Shown: positions 9,485 to 19,018 of the stretch, one piece after another
How positions within the stretch are numbered: position 1 is the stretch's first letter
Layout of the letters: each line of letters opens with the position of its first letter
Source: Bacillota bacterium
GTDB lineage: Bacteria; Bacillota; Sulfobacillia; Sulfobacillales; JAIMBI01
Direction: 5' to 3'
Assembly: GCA_021818685.1 (NCBI GenBank)
Contig: JAKATP010000002.1
Span: forward strand, 180-64,179
Length of the DNA stretch: 64,000 bases
Notes under the pieces: generated by a model
What the model saw: the letters and a program-made list of their open reading frames with translations, nothing else
Database searches by the model: none
What the model was told of the DNA's origin: nothing
Program-made: the position numbers and the translations under genes

Positions 9485-10381
9485 GTGCACCAGCCGAACT
9501 GGGAGACGTTTCGCGCCGTGGCGGAAGTGGGGTCGATCTCCGGGGCCGCGAGGGTCCTAAACCTTTCGCAATCGGCGGTAAGCCAGAAGGTCCAGCAGCT
9601 GGAAGATGAGTACGGAACACCCCTGCTGGTGCGCTCAGCCCACGGAGTGCGACTGACGGCCGCCGGCGAGGTGCTCTACCGCTATGTAGTCAAGCTCTTG
9701 AACACGCTCGATGAGTCGCGCGACCGCGTGCGGGGACTGGCTGATGGCCGGCCAGGACCTATCAAAGTTGGCGCCAGCCTCACCATCGCGGAGTATATCC
9801 TCCCCGATCTCCTCACACGGTTTTACGGGGCCGAGCTTCACGGGCGGCTTACGGTCATGATGGCGAACTCGTCCGCCGTGCTGGATCTGGTGACCTCCCA
9901 TACCGTGGACGTGGGACTCGTGGAACACGAGGCCCAGCGTTCGAATATCATCCGCCGCCGCTTCCTGCACGACGTGCCCACCGTGCTCGTGCATGCGGGA
10001 CATCGATGGGCTGGGCGTTCTCGCATCAGCCTCGACGAATTCGTGCGAGAACCTCTCATCCTGCGCGAACCCGGATCCGGAACGAGGGCCTCCGTGGAGC
10101 GGGCACTCGCAGGCGTGGGCCTAGGACTCGACGATCTGACGATAAGCCTCGTGCTCGGAACGACCCAGGCCATCAAGGCGATGGTGCGGGCCGGTCTCGG
10201 TGCCAGTGTGCTCTCTCCCCTTACCGTCCTGCCCTCCGAGCGGGACGACTTTTGGAGTGTGCAGGTGGAAGAGCTCGACTTTTCCCGTTCGTTCTATGCC
10301 GTCCACCTGCCGCTGCCGTTGTCCGATGGCGTCCGCCATCTTATCCGTTGGTTGACGCGCGCGGTGGAGCCGTCGTATTGA
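9485..10381 (+). CDS. LysR family transcriptional regulator
   Basis: N-terminal wHTH FRAVAEVGSISGAARVLNLSQSAVSQKVQQLEDEYGTPLLVR followed by a substrate-binding-domain-length C-terminus. Divergent from the oxidoreductase operon. Confidence 0.9.
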   Translation: MHQPNWETFRAVAEVGSISGAARVLNLSQSAVSQKVQQLEDEYGTPLLVRSAHGVRLTAAGEVLYRYVVKLLNTLDESRDRVRGLADGRPGPIKVGASLTIAEYILPDLLTRFYGAELHGRLTVMMANSSAVLDLVTSHTVDVGLVEHEAQRSNIIRRRFLHDVPTVLVHAGHRWAGRSRISLDEFVREPLILREPGSGTRASVERALAGVGLGLDDLTISLVLGTTQAIKAMVRAGLGASVLSPLTVLPSERDDFWSVQVEELDFSRSFYAVHLPLPLSDGVRHLIRWLTRAVEPSY

Positions 10382-10878
10382 GCCGGCTCAAGCGGCCTTG
10401 ATTCCCATGGGGCGCGCACGAGGGCATGGAGTCTGTGCCCGTGTCGCCCCGCGAGCTCGTGATAGCCGCTCCTGCTCGCACCCGGATGGCGTCGTAGGGG
10501 GCGCGGACAGGAGGGTGGAAAGTTGGCGACGACTCTGCGGGCGGTGAGCGAGGGTTTTCGGAAAGACGAAAAGGTCTAGATGGATGGCACGACCGGTGGC
10601 CACGCACGGGCAGGATGGCGGCGGACATGTTGGCGAGCTGCCGCCTGGCCCGTGCTCCAGCCAGGTCCGTCGCGCCCGGCGGAGAAGGTCTTCGACAGGA
10701 AGTCTGGCCGCGTCGGCAGCAAGGTCTGACCTCGTGGAGGTGCGTGTATTCTTGCTGCCGTAGCCGAAGGGTTTCCACGGTAGACCCAGTCCTCGGTGGA
10801 AATCCGCATCTACAGGGCCAGAATCGGGCGACGCGTTGCGCTTGCGTGAGGCGCAGTGGCTGTGTCAGGCGATCCGGA

Positions 10879-11247
10879 TTACGGGGCCGTCCAGGTGATC
10901 GGGAGCTGCCCAACGGCAGCCCAGCGGCCGGTGCTTCCGAGGGGCACGGGAACGGAGAGCGCCGCAGTCACCGTCAGTCCCGTCGAGGTAGCCTTGACTG
11001 GACCCGTCATGTGGAGGGACGCCGGCAGGTCCTCTCGACACAAGGTTGTCAAGGTCGCAAGCGTCGTTGGTGACGGCGGCGAAGTGGGGGCGCCCACCGC
11101 CTCCCAGGCTTCGGTCAGCGAGGCCTGGAGGGCCTGGTGAGCGCTCACCGCGTCCGCTCCGTCTACGATTATTCCCAGCATGGCGGGAAGTAGGAGGAGT
11201 AGCAGCGCCACCCATAAAAGGGCTGTCCCCTCGCGTCTTTGTCTCAC
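10879..11247 (-). CDS. TadG/Tad_N-like pilus assembly protein
   Basis: The N-terminal segment GTALLWVALLLLLLPAMLGIIVDGADAV matches the TadE/G-like N-terminal pattern. A GTG at 11247 overlaps the upstream stop (GTGA); the alternative start is 11322. Confidence 0.5.
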   Translation of the reverse strand: MRQRREGTALLWVALLLLLLPAMLGIIVDGADAVSAHQALQASLTEAWEAVGAPTSPPSPTTLATLTTLCREDLPASLHMTGPVKATSTGLTVTAALSVPVPLGSTGRWAAVGQLPITWTAP

Positions 11248-11621
11248 GGGCTGAAGGTCCGAGTGCCATTCGGCGGCTCCGTCGCGGCGGTCTGCATCGC
11301 GCTCATCGGGAGCCACCCCCACACCGTGGGAACCCGCAGGGACACCGTCACCGTCCTGATGGTTCCGACTCCGCTGACCATCGCCACTGGCTCATTGGCC
11401 GCCGTGGCGTGGAGAGCCTGCAACGCCACATATTCGGCACGGACGGGCGTCCCGCCCGCTGTCAAGACCTGCGCCCCGGCGCCGGAGGCGGCCTGGGCGG
11501 TGAGCTTCCAGGTGCCGTACTGGAGGCTTCCGACCAGGAGCCAGCCTGCGCCTAGGAGGACGGGCAGGGCGAGCGCGGTTTCCACCAGCGCCGAACCGCG
11601 GCCTCCCTTACGGGATTGCAT
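11244..11621 (-). CDS. TadE-like pseudopilin
   Basis: N-terminus MQSRKGGRGSALVETALALPVLLGAG fits the TadE pattern (G-x-x-x-V-E followed by a hydrophobic helix). It overlaps the 3' end of the Flp-like gene. Confidence 0.55.
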   Translation of the reverse strand: MQSRKGGRGSALVETALALPVLLGAGWLLVGSLQYGTWKLTAQAASGAGAQVLTAGGTPVRAEYVALQALHATAANEPVAMVSGVGTIRTVTVSLRVPTVWGWLPMSAMQTAATEPPNGTRTFSP

Positions 11622-11799
11622 TGAGGTTGTTGGTGATGCTGCCGAACGCCGTGACAAGGGCGTTCCGCAACGCCTCGATCGGCAGAATCATGGCCAGTAC
11701 TACGATAATGATCCAGATGCCGTTTTCGATGAACACGTTGCCGCCGCGCGCCTTGGCCCAGACTTTGAGGACATTCCACCACGCGATAATCCGTCCCAT
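11608..11799 (-). CDS. Flp/Fap family type IVb prepilin-like protein
   Basis: 63 aa from ATG 11799 after GGAGGAGGGAG. A basic leader ending in GG is followed by NVFIENGIWIIIVVLAMIL, which gives Glu at +5 after a Gly cleavage site and a hydrophobic helix, as in Flp prepilins. Confidence 0.55.
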   Translation of the reverse strand: MGRIIAWWNVLKVWAKARGGNVFIENGIWIIIVVLAMILPIEALRNALVTAFGSITNNLNAIP

Positions 11800-12083
11800 G
11801 AACTCCCTCCTCCCGACTGCCGCCAGTCGTGACGGCGGCACGTCAAGCGTAAGGGCGGGTGTGGGTAGATTTCGTGCCCAGACTCCCAGCATGCCGACGC
11901 TATTCGACTGTGCATGGTCCCGCGAGATTCAAGCTGGGCGAACGGTTGCGGGTCCGGCGACCCCGATCGACGGATTGCCAGGGATCCTTCCCGGCCCCGA
12001 CGACCCCAAAAGTGGAGATCGCGTAAAGGGCCACTGGGAGGGGGGAGGAAACGGCCAGGGTTTTGCCCGCAGGCCGTGCGATC

Positions 12084-13727
12084 CTACGGGATGTGCGGTG
12101 ACCCCGGGGCTTCTACGGTCACGAGCGTGCCGTATTGAATGTGCTGCCAGGCGAGGGCCGCCTCCGCAATGGGCAGTTCTACGCAACCGAGGCTTTGTGG
12201 GAAGCCGTACTGGGCCCGCACGAATCCGTGAACGGCGTCGCCACCTGAAAAGTAGTTCACCCAGGGGATGCCCGGGTCAACGTAGGGCGTCCCGTTCGGA
12301 TTGACGCCGCTCATCGTTTGAGAGGTATAGCGTAGGTAGACGGGGTAGGTGCCAAGAGCCGTAGGCATGGCCGGGATCCCCGTGTTCGTGAGCGAGCTGA
12401 GGACTATCCGCCCGCCTTGCCAGATGCTGAGCCGTTCCGGCAAGGTTTCGGACACATACACCCAACTGTACGCCGCCGCAGCCGTGTGATTCGTCTCGGC
12501 CGCCTTGATGAGCGCCTCCCAGACCTGGGGTCCGATGATGCCGTCTACCGGCAGGCCCGCCTGCGCCTCGAAGCTCATGACCGCTCCTGTCGTCATCGTG
12601 GTGACCTGACCGGGGGCCCATTGAGCACGCAAGAGGGCCGGGGTGTTCGCGTAACGCCATTCAAAAGCACCCGCGGGCGGTGCATAGGCGTAAGCCAGCT
12701 GCTCCGACGGGGAAGAGGCGACCGGACCGCTAAAGGATAGGGGCAGGTATCCGAGCAACGCCAGAAGTTCTTGTGCGCGAAGTACCGATCCCAGCGGCAG
12801 CGCCGATATCGCGTGCATAGCACTCGCGAGATACGTTCCGGACTGAGCCTTGATGCCCGTCGACCTCCCTGCCAGGGTGATGGAGATGGGCTCACCGGGG
12901 TAGAGAACCGTCCCGGCCGCGGGCACAAAGATCCAGCTGGTGGAGCTCGCGCGGGCCCAAGTTCCCGACAAATGGGGACTCAAGCGGACGGCTCCTCGCG
13001 GCAGGTAGTCGACCGGCAGCGAAAAGCGAATCGTGAGTAGTGGCGCACCACGCGACATTTTCCAGGTCGGATCCGCCGTGAGATAGGCTGGAGTGCTCCA
13101 CTGCAGGAGCCTCGGGTGCGACCAGGCTTCCCACGGACGAGCTCGGGTGCTGAGGAGCAAGACAGAATGCTCTCCGGGCCTCGCCCCCACGATAGGCGCT
13201 CGGAAAGAACGGGCCACGCCGGCAAGATGGGACCACTGCGGGGAAGAGACGACCCGGATCAAAAGTCCGGAGGACCTCGCCGAGAGTGGAATCATCGGAT
13301 GCTGCCCGAGATGGACCCGCAGGTGATCACGGACGAGGGATGGGGCTCTGGGCGCGATAAGTTCAAGCGAGCTCATCGCGTGTTGGTTCCAGGGGTTCCA
13401 GAGCCACGCGCGCGTTTCGACCTGAACCACCACCCGGCTTCCAGCCGCGATCGGCCTTGAGGGCCAGATTTCTCCCGCCGATAGACGGGCCGTCATCCTG
13501 ACTGATCCAGCCAGCACGGTGATGGCGCCCGTCCGGTTGCCGAGGCCGGTTTGGAGGGACGCGAGGGCAGTGGGGTTCGCGGAGACCACCGCCCGCGCGC
13601 GGGCAAACCAAGTGAGGGTGACCAGTCCGGCCAGAACTCCTGCCGCCAGGGCCGCAGTCCGCGCGATGCGGCGATTTAGAGCGACAATCCGCAAACTTCT
13701 CACGGCAGGCCGCAAGGTCATGGGCAA
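12084..13727 (-). CDS. L,D-transpeptidase (YkuD domain) with peptidoglycan-binding domain
   Basis: N-terminal TM anchor, a PG_binding_1-like LPVDGIIGPQVWEAL segment, and a C-terminal YkuD-like catalytic region HGFVRAQYGFPQSLGCVELP. Confidence 0.85.
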   Translation of the reverse strand: MPMTLRPAVRSLRIVALNRRIARTAALAAGVLAGLVTLTWFARARAVVSANPTALASLQTGLGNRTGAITVLAGSVRMTARLSAGEIWPSRPIAAGSRVVVQVETRAWLWNPWNQHAMSSLELIAPRAPSLVRDHLRVHLGQHPMIPLSARSSGLLIRVVSSPQWSHLAGVARSFRAPIVGARPGEHSVLLLSTRARPWEAWSHPRLLQWSTPAYLTADPTWKMSRGAPLLTIRFSLPVDYLPRGAVRLSPHLSGTWARASSTSWIFVPAAGTVLYPGEPISITLAGRSTGIKAQSGTYLASAMHAISALPLGSVLRAQELLALLGYLPLSFSGPVASSPSEQLAYAYAPPAGAFEWRYANTPALLRAQWAPGQVTTMTTGAVMSFEAQAGLPVDGIIGPQVWEALIKAAETNHTAAAAYSWVYVSETLPERLSIWQGGRIVLSSLTNTGIPAMPTALGTYPVYLRYTSQTMSGVNPNGTPYVDPGIPWVNYFSGGDAVHGFVRAQYGFPQSLGCVELPIAEAALAWQHIQYGTLVTVEAPGSPHIP

Positions 13728-13923
13728 GTCCTTTCTGGCGGTCGCTCCTGGGCTTCCCTCTCAATCGTGGAAACGTCTTCCCCGCGATCGCGGTTTCAAC
13801 GTTGACTCCTGTGGAAATCTTTAATCGGGGTTGCGGAGCTCCTCCGGAGAAGCCGACAGGCGGCTCCCAAACTCTTATGCTTCATGTTAGGTATTTGGCG
13901 CTCACCAATATCCCAGTGTCAGA

Positions 13924-13929
13924 TATAAT
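13924..13929 (+). promoter_or_regulatory. Candidate -10 box (TATAAT) upstream of glnA
   Basis: Perfect TATAAT in the only AT-richer stretch of the 270-nt divergent intergenic region, about 45-70 nt upstream of the glnA start. No convincing -35 element. Confidence 0.3.
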
Positions 13930-13998
13930 GTGTCCGTGGTCAGAGCGATGTCAGAAACTAGGGAGTGAGACACGCTGAGCGCGAAGCAAGTCCTGGAT

Positions 13999-15384
13999 TT
14001 GATCGAGCGGCACAAGATAGAAATGGTGGATCTGCGCATCGTCGACCTCCCAGGGCGCTGGCAGCATTTCAGCCTGCCCGCCACCGAGGTCGACGCGGAC
14101 ACTTTTGAAAACGGCATTCCGTTTGACGGTTCCAGCGTGAAGGGATTTCGTACGATCGACCAGAGCGACATGCTGATGATGCTCGATCCCCATAGCGCCG
14201 TCCTGGATCCTTTCGCGTCCGTGCCGACGCTGGCGGTCCTGGCTGACGTCAGGCTCCCTGATGGGCACGAGTACGGCCGGGATCCCCGCACCATAGCCCA
14301 CCGTGCGGAACGCTACCTGCAGGCGAGCGGCATTGCCGAGACATCGTACTGGGGACCCGAGCTGGAGTTCTTCCTCTTTGATACCGTCACGCATCAGCTT
14401 ACGCCTAACGCGGCGGCCTACCGTTTCGATAGTGAGGAGAGCGTCTGGGATCCGGCGGAAGTGGCTGACCACGGTTATCTCATCCGCCCCAAGGACGGGT
14501 ACGCACTGTTGCCTCCCCACGACGCCACCATGGATGCGCGGACCGAGATCGTGCAGATGCTGCGGCGCCAGGGCGTTCGGGTCGAGATGCACCACCACGA
14601 GGTGGGGGTGGCGCAACAGGAAATTGATATTCGGTACAATACCCTGACCGCCCAGGCCGACACTGTGATGCTTTACAAGCACACCGTCCGGAACGGCGCC
14701 CGACTGCACGGCAAGACCGCCACGTTTATGCCGAAACCACTCTACGGGGACAACGGGAGCGGCATGCATGTCCATCAGTCTCTGTGGGCGGGTGGGCGGC
14801 CACTGTTCTATGAGGCGGGACGGTATGCCAACTTGTCGGAAATTGGGCGGGCTTATCTAGCCGGCATCCTCCTTCACGCACCGGCCCTGCTCGCGTTCAC
14901 GAACCCGACGACCAACAGCTACCGGCGTCTCGTGCCCGGCTACGAAGCGCCGGTCAACATCGTCTTCTCCCGAGGCAATCGCTCGGCCGCCATCCGCATT
15001 CCCGTGACGGAACGCGCAGCGCTCACCCGAATCGAGTTTCGGACCCCGGATCCGACCTCTAACCCGTATCTGGCCTTCTCGGCCTGCCTTCTGGCAGGGC
15101 TTGATGGGGTGCGGCGGAAGCTTGATCCCACGGCGCTCGGATTCGGGCCGGTCGACAAGAACATCTATGAATTGCCCGACGACGAGATGGCGGCCATCGC
15201 AAGCGTCCCCGGATCGCTGGAGGAGGCCATCGCGAGTCTCGAGCGTGACCACGAGTTCCTGTTGGCCGGCGGCGTCTTCGATGAGGAGGTCATCAGCACG
15301 TGGGTGTCGATGAAGCGCGAGGAGGCCGACATGGTACGCCTGCGGCCGCATCCAGCTGAATTCGCCCTGTATTACGACGCGTAG
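13999..15384 (+). CDS. glnA: Glutamine synthetase, type I
   Basis: Full-length GS-I pattern (VDLRIVDLPGRWQHF, NGSGMHVHQSLW, NSYRRLVPGYEAP). The first canonical start is TTG 13999, and the true start may lie upstream (see findings). Confidence 0.93.
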   Translation: MIERHKIEMVDLRIVDLPGRWQHFSLPATEVDADTFENGIPFDGSSVKGFRTIDQSDMLMMLDPHSAVLDPFASVPTLAVLADVRLPDGHEYGRDPRTIAHRAERYLQASGIAETSYWGPELEFFLFDTVTHQLTPNAAAYRFDSEESVWDPAEVADHGYLIRPKDGYALLPPHDATMDARTEIVQMLRRQGVRVEMHHHEVGVAQQEIDIRYNTLTAQADTVMLYKHTVRNGARLHGKTATFMPKPLYGDNGSGMHVHQSLWAGGRPLFYEAGRYANLSEIGRAYLAGILLHAPALLAFTNPTTNSYRRLVPGYEAPVNIVFSRGNRSAAIRIPVTERAALTRIEFRTPDPTSNPYLAFSACLLAGLDGVRRKLDPTALGFGPVDKNIYELPDDEMAAIASVPGSLEEAIASLERDHEFLLAGGVFDEEVISTWVSMKREEADMVRLRPHPAEFALYYDA

Positions 15385-15395
15385 CGGAAAAACCA

Positions 15396-15425
15396 GCGTG
15401 GACGGGTTCGCCCGTCCACGCGCTT
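15396..15425 (+). terminator. Intrinsic terminator-like hairpin after glnA
   Basis: 11-bp perfect stem GCGTGGACGGG / CCCGTCCACGC with a TTCG loop, 12 nt after the glnA stop. The trailing T tract is short (GCTTGG). Confidence 0.55.
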
Positions 15426-15638
15426 GGTGCGGATGTCAGCGAAAGGGCGTGAGAGTGGGCAGGGCGAGGAGCCGGTAGAGATACGCGCCCGCGACGCACG
15501 GTGCGTAGAGCAGGTGTCGGCGGCGGGGAGCCCGGCCGTTAGCAAGGGAGGTTGGCCTCGTCGCGCCCGTGGCTCCGGGCATGGTGGCGGAAGAGCTCAG
15601 GCCGGAGTGGATACGTGAGCCCGCGCGACGCAAGAAAG

Positions 15639-16325
15639 TCAGTCTGCTCCTGGTTCCCAGCCGAAGCGGGCGAGGGCTCCGGCGAGGGCCCGGTTGAACG
15701 CCTCTGGCTGCTCCAGCATGACCAGGTGCCCGGCTTCGGGCACCTCTTCCGCCACGTGGTCCGGAAACAAGGAGAATAGCGTGCGCACCAGGGCCGGAGG
15801 CGTCATGCGGTCCTGGGCTCCCCAAATGATGGCGGCCGGCTGGGGACAAGGTGGGGCCCCGGTAAGATCAAAGTGACCGCAGGCGGCAAATTGCCGGTAC
15901 GCAAGGGAACGGTCAGCAGCGCGCGCAAGCTCCCGCGAGCGCTCGACCAGCGCCGGAGGTGCCGACTTGGCGAGCGACCAGCGTGCGATCTGGTCGAGCG
16001 TGTCGGAAGGACGGTGGATGAGTCCGGCCAGGAGATCCGGATTCACCGGAAGACGCGGGCCGGTCCCTACCAGCACGAGGCCGGCGACTCTGCTTTCCGG
16101 TCTCGTCGCGCATAGCTCCGCTACCGCTCCCCCTAGGGAATGGCCGACGAGAATGGCCGGAGGGCGCATCACGCTCATCACGGCCCGGGCGTACTCGGTC
16201 AGGAGGTGCGGCGGGTCCGCGTCGGTTTCCGGGTAGGTGAAGTACACGGCATGCGGATAATGACGGCGCTGGCGCGACCAGATGTCGGGACTCGACGCGG
16301 CCCCGTGTAGAAAGATGAGTTGCAT
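15639..16325 (-). CDS. Alpha/beta hydrolase
   Basis: ORF trimmed to ATG 16325 (MQLIFLHGAASSPDIW). Nucleophile elbow GHSLGG and a C-terminal AGHLVMLEQP His region. Confidence 0.75.
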   Translation of the reverse strand: MQLIFLHGAASSPDIWSRQRRHYPHAVYFTYPETDADPPHLLTEYARAVMSVMRPPAILVGHSLGGAVAELCATRPESRVAGLVLVGTGPRLPVNPDLLAGLIHRPSDTLDQIARWSLAKSAPPALVERSRELARAADRSLAYRQFAACGHFDLTGAPPCPQPAAIIWGAQDRMTPPALVRTLFSLFPDHVAEEVPEAGHLVMLEQPEAFNRALAGALARFGWEPGAD

Positions 16326-16453
16326 CGGGTCTGCTTTCGCTCCTTCCAGTCCTTCCCTCCTTCTGAGACGGCGCGGCGGAATTGCCATCCCCCGGTCAAG
16401 CCTCTAACATGAACCTGAACCGGGGCTGGAGCCGGAACCGGAGGGAAGTTACG

Positions 16454-19018
16454 ATGCCACGCGCACTCTTGGTCGACGGCCACAGTCTTTTGTTTAGAGC
16501 GTATCATGCGTTGCCCCCGCTCGCCCGTGCCGACGGCACACCGACTGGTGCTGTCTACGGGTTTGCGCAGATGCTACTGAAAGTCATTGAAGATACGCAC
16601 CCCCAAGCCGTGGTCGTCGCCTTCGACGCATCCGCCCCAACATTTCGTCACCAAGCGTTCGAGCAGTATAAGGCGAATCGACAGGAGGCGCCGGACGACT
16701 TCCACGTGCAGACCCCGCTGGCCAAGGAGCTCCTGGACAAACTCGGCATCGTGCACCGGGAGTGGCCCGGGTATGAGGCCGACGACATACTGGGGAGTCT
16801 GGCGGTATCCGGCCGGGAGGCGGGTTGGGAGATCCTGATCCTGACCGGGGATCGTGACCTCCTGCAGTTGGTGCGGCCAGGGGTGACCGTCCTGCTTACG
16901 AGCCGTGGCGGCCTCACCCAGCTCGAGGAAGTGGACGCCGAGGGTGTGGTCCGGAAGATGGGTGTCAGAGCCGATCAGGTACCGGACTTAAAGGGCCTCA
17001 TGGGTGACGCTTCGGACAATATTCCCGGTGTCCCCGGGATCGGGGAGAAGTCGGCGGTCACGCTCCTGACACGCTTTGGAAGTATCGAGACCATCTTTGC
17101 CCATCTGGACGAGATTCCCGAGGGTCGCTACAAAAAAGCCCTGACGGGACACGAAGGTGACGCCTTCACGTCACGCGACCTGGCGACCATCCGCACGGAT
17201 CTCGAGGTTGAGCCCCTCACGGGAGACGAGGCGCCATTTGCAATTTCACGGACGGAGGCGTTATCGGCCTTCTTGACAGCCATGGGATTTGATTCGCTGC
17301 GTCGACGCCTATTCGACACCGCCCCCGTCGACCAAGGACTGGGCAAATCCTCCCCGGCCGGCACCTCGTCCGACGGTCCATCGGCTGGAGTGGAAGACGT
17401 GGAAGAGTGGCAAGCCTGGCCGGAGGCTCCGGTGCTGGGTATTCAAAAGATTGCGGACGGCTACCTTTTGGGAACCGCGGACGGCCGGGTCGGGCAGTAC
17501 AGAGGTCCGATTGCAGGTGACAAAAGCCAGCGTCTGGTCGGATTCAAGATCAAATCCTTCGTGGACGAGGTGCCGGAGCCGGATCGCGCCCGTCTCGACG
17601 ATGGCGAACTGGCAGCCTACCTGCTCGACGCCGGACGGTCGCACTACAGTGTGAGAGACCTCGTTCAGCGTGTGGGAGGCGAGGCGCGCGACGACGTGGC
17701 CGCCCTGGCCGCGGCCTGGCCCGCGGTCCGCGAGCTTCTCGCCGCACAGGGCCTGTGGGATCTGTACAGTCGGGTCGAGCTTCCCCTTCTCTACGTGCTG
17801 CGGCGCATGGAGGTTCATGGCATTCGCGTAGATGGGGAGGCCCTGGACGTTCTCGCCGGGGAACTCGAAGTGGCGATTGCCACTCTCGAACGGGAAATTC
17901 ACCAGCTAGCCGGGTTTTCATTCAATATTAATTCAACGGGCCAGCTGGGTGAGGTCCTGTTTGACAAGCTCGGACTGCCGTCCGGCCGGCGCACCAAGAC
18001 CGGGTACTCCACGGACGCCGAGGTCCTGGAGTCACTCCGCCCCCTGCACCCGATTGTGGACGCTGTTCTTACCTATCGCCAGCTCACGAAGCTCAAGGGA
18101 ACATACGTGGACGGCCTGCGGCCCCTCTTGGTCAAGGGGCGTCTGCATACCCACTTCAATCAGACGGTGGCCGCGACCGGGCGGCTATCGTCGAGCGACC
18201 CCAACCTGCAGAACATTCCCGTCCGCCTGCCGCTCGGCCGACGGATCCGGAGGGTGTTTCTTCCGGATGAAGGCCGGTCGTTATTCTCCGCCGACTACTC
18301 CCAGATCGAGCTACGCGTGCTGGCACACTTCTCGGATGACCCGGTCTTAAAGGACGCCTTTGCGGATGGGCAGGACATTCATCGGCGGACGGCGTCCGAG
18401 ATATTTCAGATCCCGCTGGACGCGGTGTCAGACGAATTGCGGAGCCACGCCAAAGCCATCAACTTCGGCATCATCTATGGCATCTCCGACTATGGCCTCG
18501 CCAACAACACAGGCGTGTCGCGCCAGGATGCGGCCGAATACATCCGACAGTACTTCCGGCATTATCCGCGGATTAAGGAGTTTTTGGACGGCGCCATCGA
18601 GCAGGGGCGGCGGGACGGCTTCGTCACGACGATCCTCGGTCGCCGGCGTTACCTACCCGACATCCAAAGCCGGAACTATGCCCGCCGGCAGTATGCGGAG
18701 CGGATGGCAATGAACACGGTGCTGCAGGGCACGGCCGCGGATCTGATCAAGGTAGCGATGGTTCGGCTGGATGAGGCGTTTTCTGAGCAGGGGCTGCAAA
18801 GTTCCCTGGTCCTGCAGGTGCATGACGAGCTCATTTGGGACATGGTCCCCACGGAAGAAGAGGTCGTGATGGAACTTGCCCGAAAACTCATGACGACAGC
18901 CATTCCACTTTCGGTACCGCTCGTAATCGACTTCAAGCGGGGGGCAAACTGGGAGTCGATGGAACCTGTCACAGACATGGGAGGGGGCCCGGCGCGTGCC
19001 GGAATTGCCGGAGGTTGA
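16454..19018 (+). CDS. polA: DNA polymerase I
   Basis: ATG 16454 after GGAGGGAAG. 5' nuclease N-terminus (LLVDGHSLLFRAYHA) and family A polymerase motifs (DYSQIELRVLAH, RRxAKAINFGIIYG, LQVHDEL). Confidence 0.95.
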   Translation: MPRALLVDGHSLLFRAYHALPPLARADGTPTGAVYGFAQMLLKVIEDTHPQAVVVAFDASAPTFRHQAFEQYKANRQEAPDDFHVQTPLAKELLDKLGIVHREWPGYEADDILGSLAVSGREAGWEILILTGDRDLLQLVRPGVTVLLTSRGGLTQLEEVDAEGVVRKMGVRADQVPDLKGLMGDASDNIPGVPGIGEKSAVTLLTRFGSIETIFAHLDEIPEGRYKKALTGHEGDAFTSRDLATIRTDLEVEPLTGDEAPFAISRTEALSAFLTAMGFDSLRRRLFDTAPVDQGLGKSSPAGTSSDGPSAGVEDVEEWQAWPEAPVLGIQKIADGYLLGTADGRVGQYRGPIAGDKSQRLVGFKIKSFVDEVPEPDRARLDDGELAAYLLDAGRSHYSVRDLVQRVGGEARDDVAALAAAWPAVRELLAAQGLWDLYSRVELPLLYVLRRMEVHGIRVDGEALDVLAGELEVAIATLEREIHQLAGFSFNINSTGQLGEVLFDKLGLPSGRRTKTGYSTDAEVLESLRPLHPIVDAVLTYRQLTKLKGTYVDGLRPLLVKGRLHTHFNQTVAATGRLSSSDPNLQNIPVRLPLGRRIRRVFLPDEGRSLFSADYSQIELRVLAHFSDDPVLKDAFADGQDIHRRTASEIFQIPLDAVSDELRSHAKAINFGIIYGISDYGLANNTGVSRQDAAEYIRQYFRHYPRIKEFLDGAIEQGRRDGFVTTILGRRRYLPDIQSRNYARRQYAERMAMNTVLQGTAADLIKVAMVRLDEAFSEQGLQSSLVLQVHDELIWDMVPTEEEVVMELARKLMTTAIPLSVPLVIDFKRGANWESMEPVTDMGGGPARAGIAGG

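Noticed and set aside
10341-10913. 190-aa minus-strand ORF and 152-aa plus-strand ORF (10615-11073) in or near the LysR/TadG convergent gap
   Set aside because: The translations are Arg/Pro-rich. Both overlap the better-supported TadG-like gene or lack an RBS. No hydrophobic N-terminus of the kind expected for a further pseudopilin is present.
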